DNA from: Candidatus Obscuribacteraceae bacterium | GTDB lineage: Bacteria; Cyanobacteriota; Vampirovibrionia; Obscuribacterales; Obscuribacteraceae | Assembly (NCBI GenBank): GCA_044226015.1 | Contig: JBGAHS010000007.1 | Location: forward strand, 128,001-192,000 | Reading direction: 5' to 3' | DNA: 64,000 nt | Shown here: piece after piece, positions 61,501 to 64,000 of the stretch | How the letters are laid out: every line of letters starts with the position of its first letter | Numbering within the stretch: position 1 is the stretch's first letter | Position numbers and translations under genes: made by a program | The notes under the pieces: generated by a model | Told to the model about the DNA's origin: nothing | What the model saw: only the letters and a program-made list of their open reading frames with translations | The model's database searches: none

Positions 61501-63105
61501 CCGAACCTTGCCTCCTTGCATATAAGCAGAGCTGCTGCTTTGCAGTACTCTGACAATTTCGCTGGCGCTCTTGATGAGTATCAGAAAGGCTATGACCTCG
61601 ATCAAAAAGGTCAGAAGGAAAGTCTCTACTTTATAGCTGCATTGCAGGAAAACTTCGGTAAGGGACCTCAGGCGCTCGCGACTTATCGCGACTACCTGAC
61701 GAAGAATCCTAGTGGACAGTATGTGAATCTCGCTAAGCAGAGGGTCGATGTTCTATCGAAGGATGTGACGAAGACGACCAAGATTCCGACATCTTCTCAG
61801 CGCGAAAATCAGGCACAGGTTGAAGGTTTGTATAACGATGCCGTTGCTGCATACAACAAAGCTGACTACCAGACCTGCGTTGCGAAGATGCAAGCGTTAC
61901 TTGGTGTTCCAGGAACGGAAAACGAGGCTGATTACCAGTATCAGCTGGGTCTAGGTTACACAGGTTTGAAAGACTTCGACGGAGCTGTCACAGCGCTGAA
62001 CAAAGCGGTACAACTGCAGCCAGGCAACAAGTCCTTTAAGGATGCGTTGAACAGCGTTAAGCAATTGAGAATTGCTCCGATTGTTGACCAGGCCGTTCAG
62101 AAACAAACTGCGGGCGATTTGCCTGGAGCCATTGAGCTCTACAAGCAAGCACTCGCGATGGACCCGAACAATGCCAGCATTCATACGAACTATGCAACAG
62201 CATTGCAAGGCACTGAAGACTTCGCTGGCGCCAGAACCGAGTTCGAGAAGGGCTTAAATCTGGATAGAAAAGCAAACTTGCAGAACCTCTACTTCATGGC
62301 TGTTATCGATGAGCACTTTGGCAAAGGACAGATTGCTCTAAATGAATACAGGCAATACGCTCAAGAAGCAGGACCAAGTGGTACTTACACATCTGCTGCT
62401 AATCTTCGAGTCAAGGCGTTGATGGCAAACGTCAATGCAACGCAGAAGATAGTTACCCAGGCCGAAGCCAGCAAGGCTGCAGGAGTTCAACAAGCCTACC
62501 AGGACGGTTATGCTGCTCAACAGGCTGGCAAGTTTGATGAAGCTATCGCTAAGTACACCGAAGCAATGAACGGTAGCCCGTCAGAGCCCGCTTATCCATT
62601 CGCTCTTGCTACGGCTTACGACAATAAGAACGACCTGGATAACGCCATCAAGTACTACGAAAAAGCAATCTCTATGAACAACAAGGAAAAATCATGGAAG
62701 GATGCTTTGAAGGGCGTCAAGCAACGTAAGGCTGCTCCATTTATTGAAGAAGCTTACAAGAAACAGACGACCCCAGATGCTGCCGGCAAGATGGATTTGT
62801 TGGGCGCCATCATCGCTTACGAAAATGCGCTTAAGATAGACGACGATGCCACCACGAGATTGAACCTCGGTACCGCATATCAAGGCAGCAATAACAATCC
62901 GAAGGCGATTGAAAATTACAAGAAAGCTCTGCAGATGGATCCAAATCAAGTCGATGCCTACTACTACTTAGGAACGGTTTACGACGGAATGAACCAGCAG
63001 CCTCTTGCAATTCCGCAATACAAGCTCTTCTTGCAGAAGGCGCCGGCCAATAACCCGAACGTACAAGCTTGTAAGGATCGCTTGAAGCAGTTGAACGTGA
63101 AATAG
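58552..63105 (+). CDS. Giant secreted TPR protein (1517 aa) with super-repeats
   Basis: Signal peptide, more than 20 TPR motifs and a periodic ~220-227 aa module. Confidence 0.9.
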   Translation: MQRKDVLELAMSTARNFGAFWFNNNRKRVSLLLAATITLGLALPPLSFAASERVVSLNNDGVNALKSSNYPLAVQKFQECLKVDPSYKLAKENLAICFNNWGISLQGSPAQAIDKFHKSLFYSPDNATAVQNLEVTIQNMGKNPRSFADRVELGKAARRSGDLEGGIVEFAEALKLKEDPALRVELGNLYYVRERVDDAIAQYNIAAKNPNLDPDIKAKVYRSLGQAYQAKQDYPHAVEAYNTAITLNRTDKETLEANKAVWMDAVKKDPTNPSNHVGLGQAYMYIGDFGQGEAELRTALMFDKSNAAANQLLARIPLAKRMFDRDKHMDNGVDLQQRKLYDAAIQEYNAALAADTSLSNPADRISVEIFLNLGSAYQAKEDYQSAISFYQKALQLKPDYQAAQEGLKVSQERLKGKQLDEAAADGANQFKAGNFAEALKRYQMILANNPKDPAAHFNVAATLQALKQIDQAIAEFKTAVQLAPDNKQYKDYLTKAIQDKADPIIDAAVKKHADKDYASAIPLYMQALAIVPDNTKVLFNLAACYYARQQFPEAQKLYEQLYQKDPKGYVDDLWLIGTILENSKRGTDALSTYTKYITEAPRGTYVTQAKDRIDALRKDPNDTMKIKSESEIAQDKQADDEYKAGVAAQQSKNFDEAYQHYMKAFTVKPKDPTIAFAIGTMFQQKGDIDSATKWFQNAIDLAAADSKFDKKTADEFKQALKQAKIDSAKPIVDEAVKRQASGDQTGAIELYQKALVSVPDNARIWTNLGQAYQLTDDFAKARDCYVKAVTLDPKNESADWYLIAKIDENYGQGPDAIKHYRQYLLGSPSGQYVADTNSRLAELSKDVTKTQKLPTQSEIKSTKLADDEYNAGLAAQKGGNPQEALGHYQKAVAAKPDESAYVEAIATCYQQLKDYDNALRSYDQAIALATKNNRQKDIEIYKQQRQSCAEEKAGPVVDQALEAFNAKNYAKAADLYGQAIQSVPNLASLHISRAAALQYSDNFAGALDEYQKGYDLDQKGQKESLYFIAALQENFGKGPQALATYRDYLTKNPSGQYVNLAKQRVDVLSKDVTKTTKIPTSSQRENQAQVEGLYNDAVAAYNKADYQTCVAKMQALLGVPGTENEADYQYQLGLGYTGLKDFDGAVTALNKAVQLQPGNKSFKDALNSVKQLRIAPIVDQAVQKQTAGDLPGAIELYKQALAMDPNNASIHTNYATALQGTEDFAGARTEFEKGLNLDRKANLQNLYFMAVIDEHFGKGQIALNEYRQYAQEAGPSGTYTSAANLRVKALMANVNATQKIVTQAEASKAAGVQQAYQDGYAAQQAGKFDEAIAKYTEAMNGSPSEPAYPFALATAYDNKNDLDNAIKYYEKAISMNNKEKSWKDALKGVKQRKAAPFIEEAYKKQTTPDAAGKMDLLGAIIAYENALKIDDDATTRLNLGTAYQGSNNNPKAIENYKKALQMDPNQVDAYYYLGTVYDGMNQQPLAIPQYKLFLQKAPANNPNVQACKDRLKQLNVK

Positions 63106-63117
63106 CGTTAGGGCTGC

Positions 63118-63684
63118 ATGTCTGCCATTCAGATACACGAGCTAGTGCCGCTCACTTATGTGAATGGTCCCGGTCCTCGTGCTTGCATCTGGGTGCAGGG
63201 ATGCTCTCTAGCCTGTGCGGGCTGCTTTAATCCTCAGACACACGAATTCGATCAGGGCAAGACTGTTGAGGTCAGCGAGCTTGTTGACTCCATACTTGGG
63301 CTCGAGCAGATCCAGGGTGTCACCATAAGTGGTGGCGAGCCGCTGCAGCAGTTTGACTCTGTTCTCGAACTCATTAACCTAATTCGTAAATTGAGCAGTC
63401 TTTCCATAGTCATTTTTTCTGGCTTTTGCCGTGAGGAGATTGAGCAAATGCCCAGAGCCAGTCTTCTAATGAAAAATGTCGATGTAATCGTTGCTGGACG
63501 CTACGAGCAAAACAAACATCTAGCTCGAGGTCTCTTGGGCTCTTCGAATCAAGAACTGATATTTTGCTCTGATAGGTATTCAAACCTGGACTTTCAATCT
63601 TTAGGCGACCTTGAGTTTGTGATAAATAAAGATGGAAGTATTACAATCACAGGAGTCGACATCCCCGGTTTCCCAAAGGGCTGA
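63118..63684 (+). CDS. Radical SAM protein, NrdG-like activase family (4Fe-4S single cluster)
   Basis: NGPG.R, WVQGCSLACAGCFNP (CxxxCxxC), GVTISGGEPLQQ, DVIVAGRY and GSSNQ motifs. Confidence 0.88.
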   Translation: MSAIQIHELVPLTYVNGPGPRACIWVQGCSLACAGCFNPQTHEFDQGKTVEVSELVDSILGLEQIQGVTISGGEPLQQFDSVLELINLIRKLSSLSIVIFSGFCREEIEQMPRASLLMKNVDVIVAGRYEQNKHLARGLLGSSNQELIFCSDRYSNLDFQSLGDLEFVINKDGSITITGVDIPGFPKG

Positions 63685-64000
63685 AGATGATGAGCAAGAA
63701 GGTCGAAGAGCAAATTTCAGCTGATAGCTGGCGACAGCTATTTGATTGTTCGGCTGCAGATCTTGGCGCTCTTGTTTCTCTTGCTGAGGAGAGTGGACGA
63801 TTTGCAGACAGGTGCAGAATTGTTCTTTCTGGTCTAAAGCAGGAGGAGGCTCGAATAGCATTATGTTCTCTCGCCATGCAAAAGGAGCGTCCCTGGCTTA
63901 ATACTATTCTGGCTACAAGCAGTTATTTGCCATCTGAGAAAAAACAGCATTCTGCTTTCTTTGTTATCACCCAACAATGGAATAAATATCTCCATCAGTA

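Noticed and set aside
63601..64000. Short minus-strand ORFs at the window end
   Set aside because: They have no recognisable motif, overlap the radical SAM gene and have truncated context.

Overview
This 64 kb window is bacterial chromosome with cyanobacterial-type housekeeping genes and no photosynthesis genes. My inference, not proof, is a non-photosynthetic Cyanobacteriota relative (Vampirovibrionia/Melainabacteria, Obscuribacterales-like). Recognisable core genes are ndhD, ndhF, murE, rplU-rpmA, peroxiredoxin plus TlpA, hemL, comF, prs, mfd plus PPIase, mnmA, fadJ-like, thpR and hpf. They are interspersed with lineage-type accessory proteins: a class D beta-lactamase, a 927-aa papain/calpain-like protease with a helical tail, a 1187-aa LysM-tailed protein, a 1469-aa Gly-rich adhesin-like protein, a Ser/Thr kinase, several TPR proteins and an orphan NrdG-like radical SAM protein. 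I see no CRISPR array, tRNA, rRNA, transposase or integrase. Four signals stand out. (1) One apparent repeat family fills every wide convergent gene junction, as REP-like palindromes, a 29-33 bp tandem array and a 19-bp tandem array. (2) A multi-stem candidate RNA lies upstream of hpf/raiA. (3) A switch-like structured leader precedes the cysteine protease within a trio of giant proteins. (4) A 1517-aa TPR protein built from ~220-227 aa super-repeats is coupled to the radical SAM gene.
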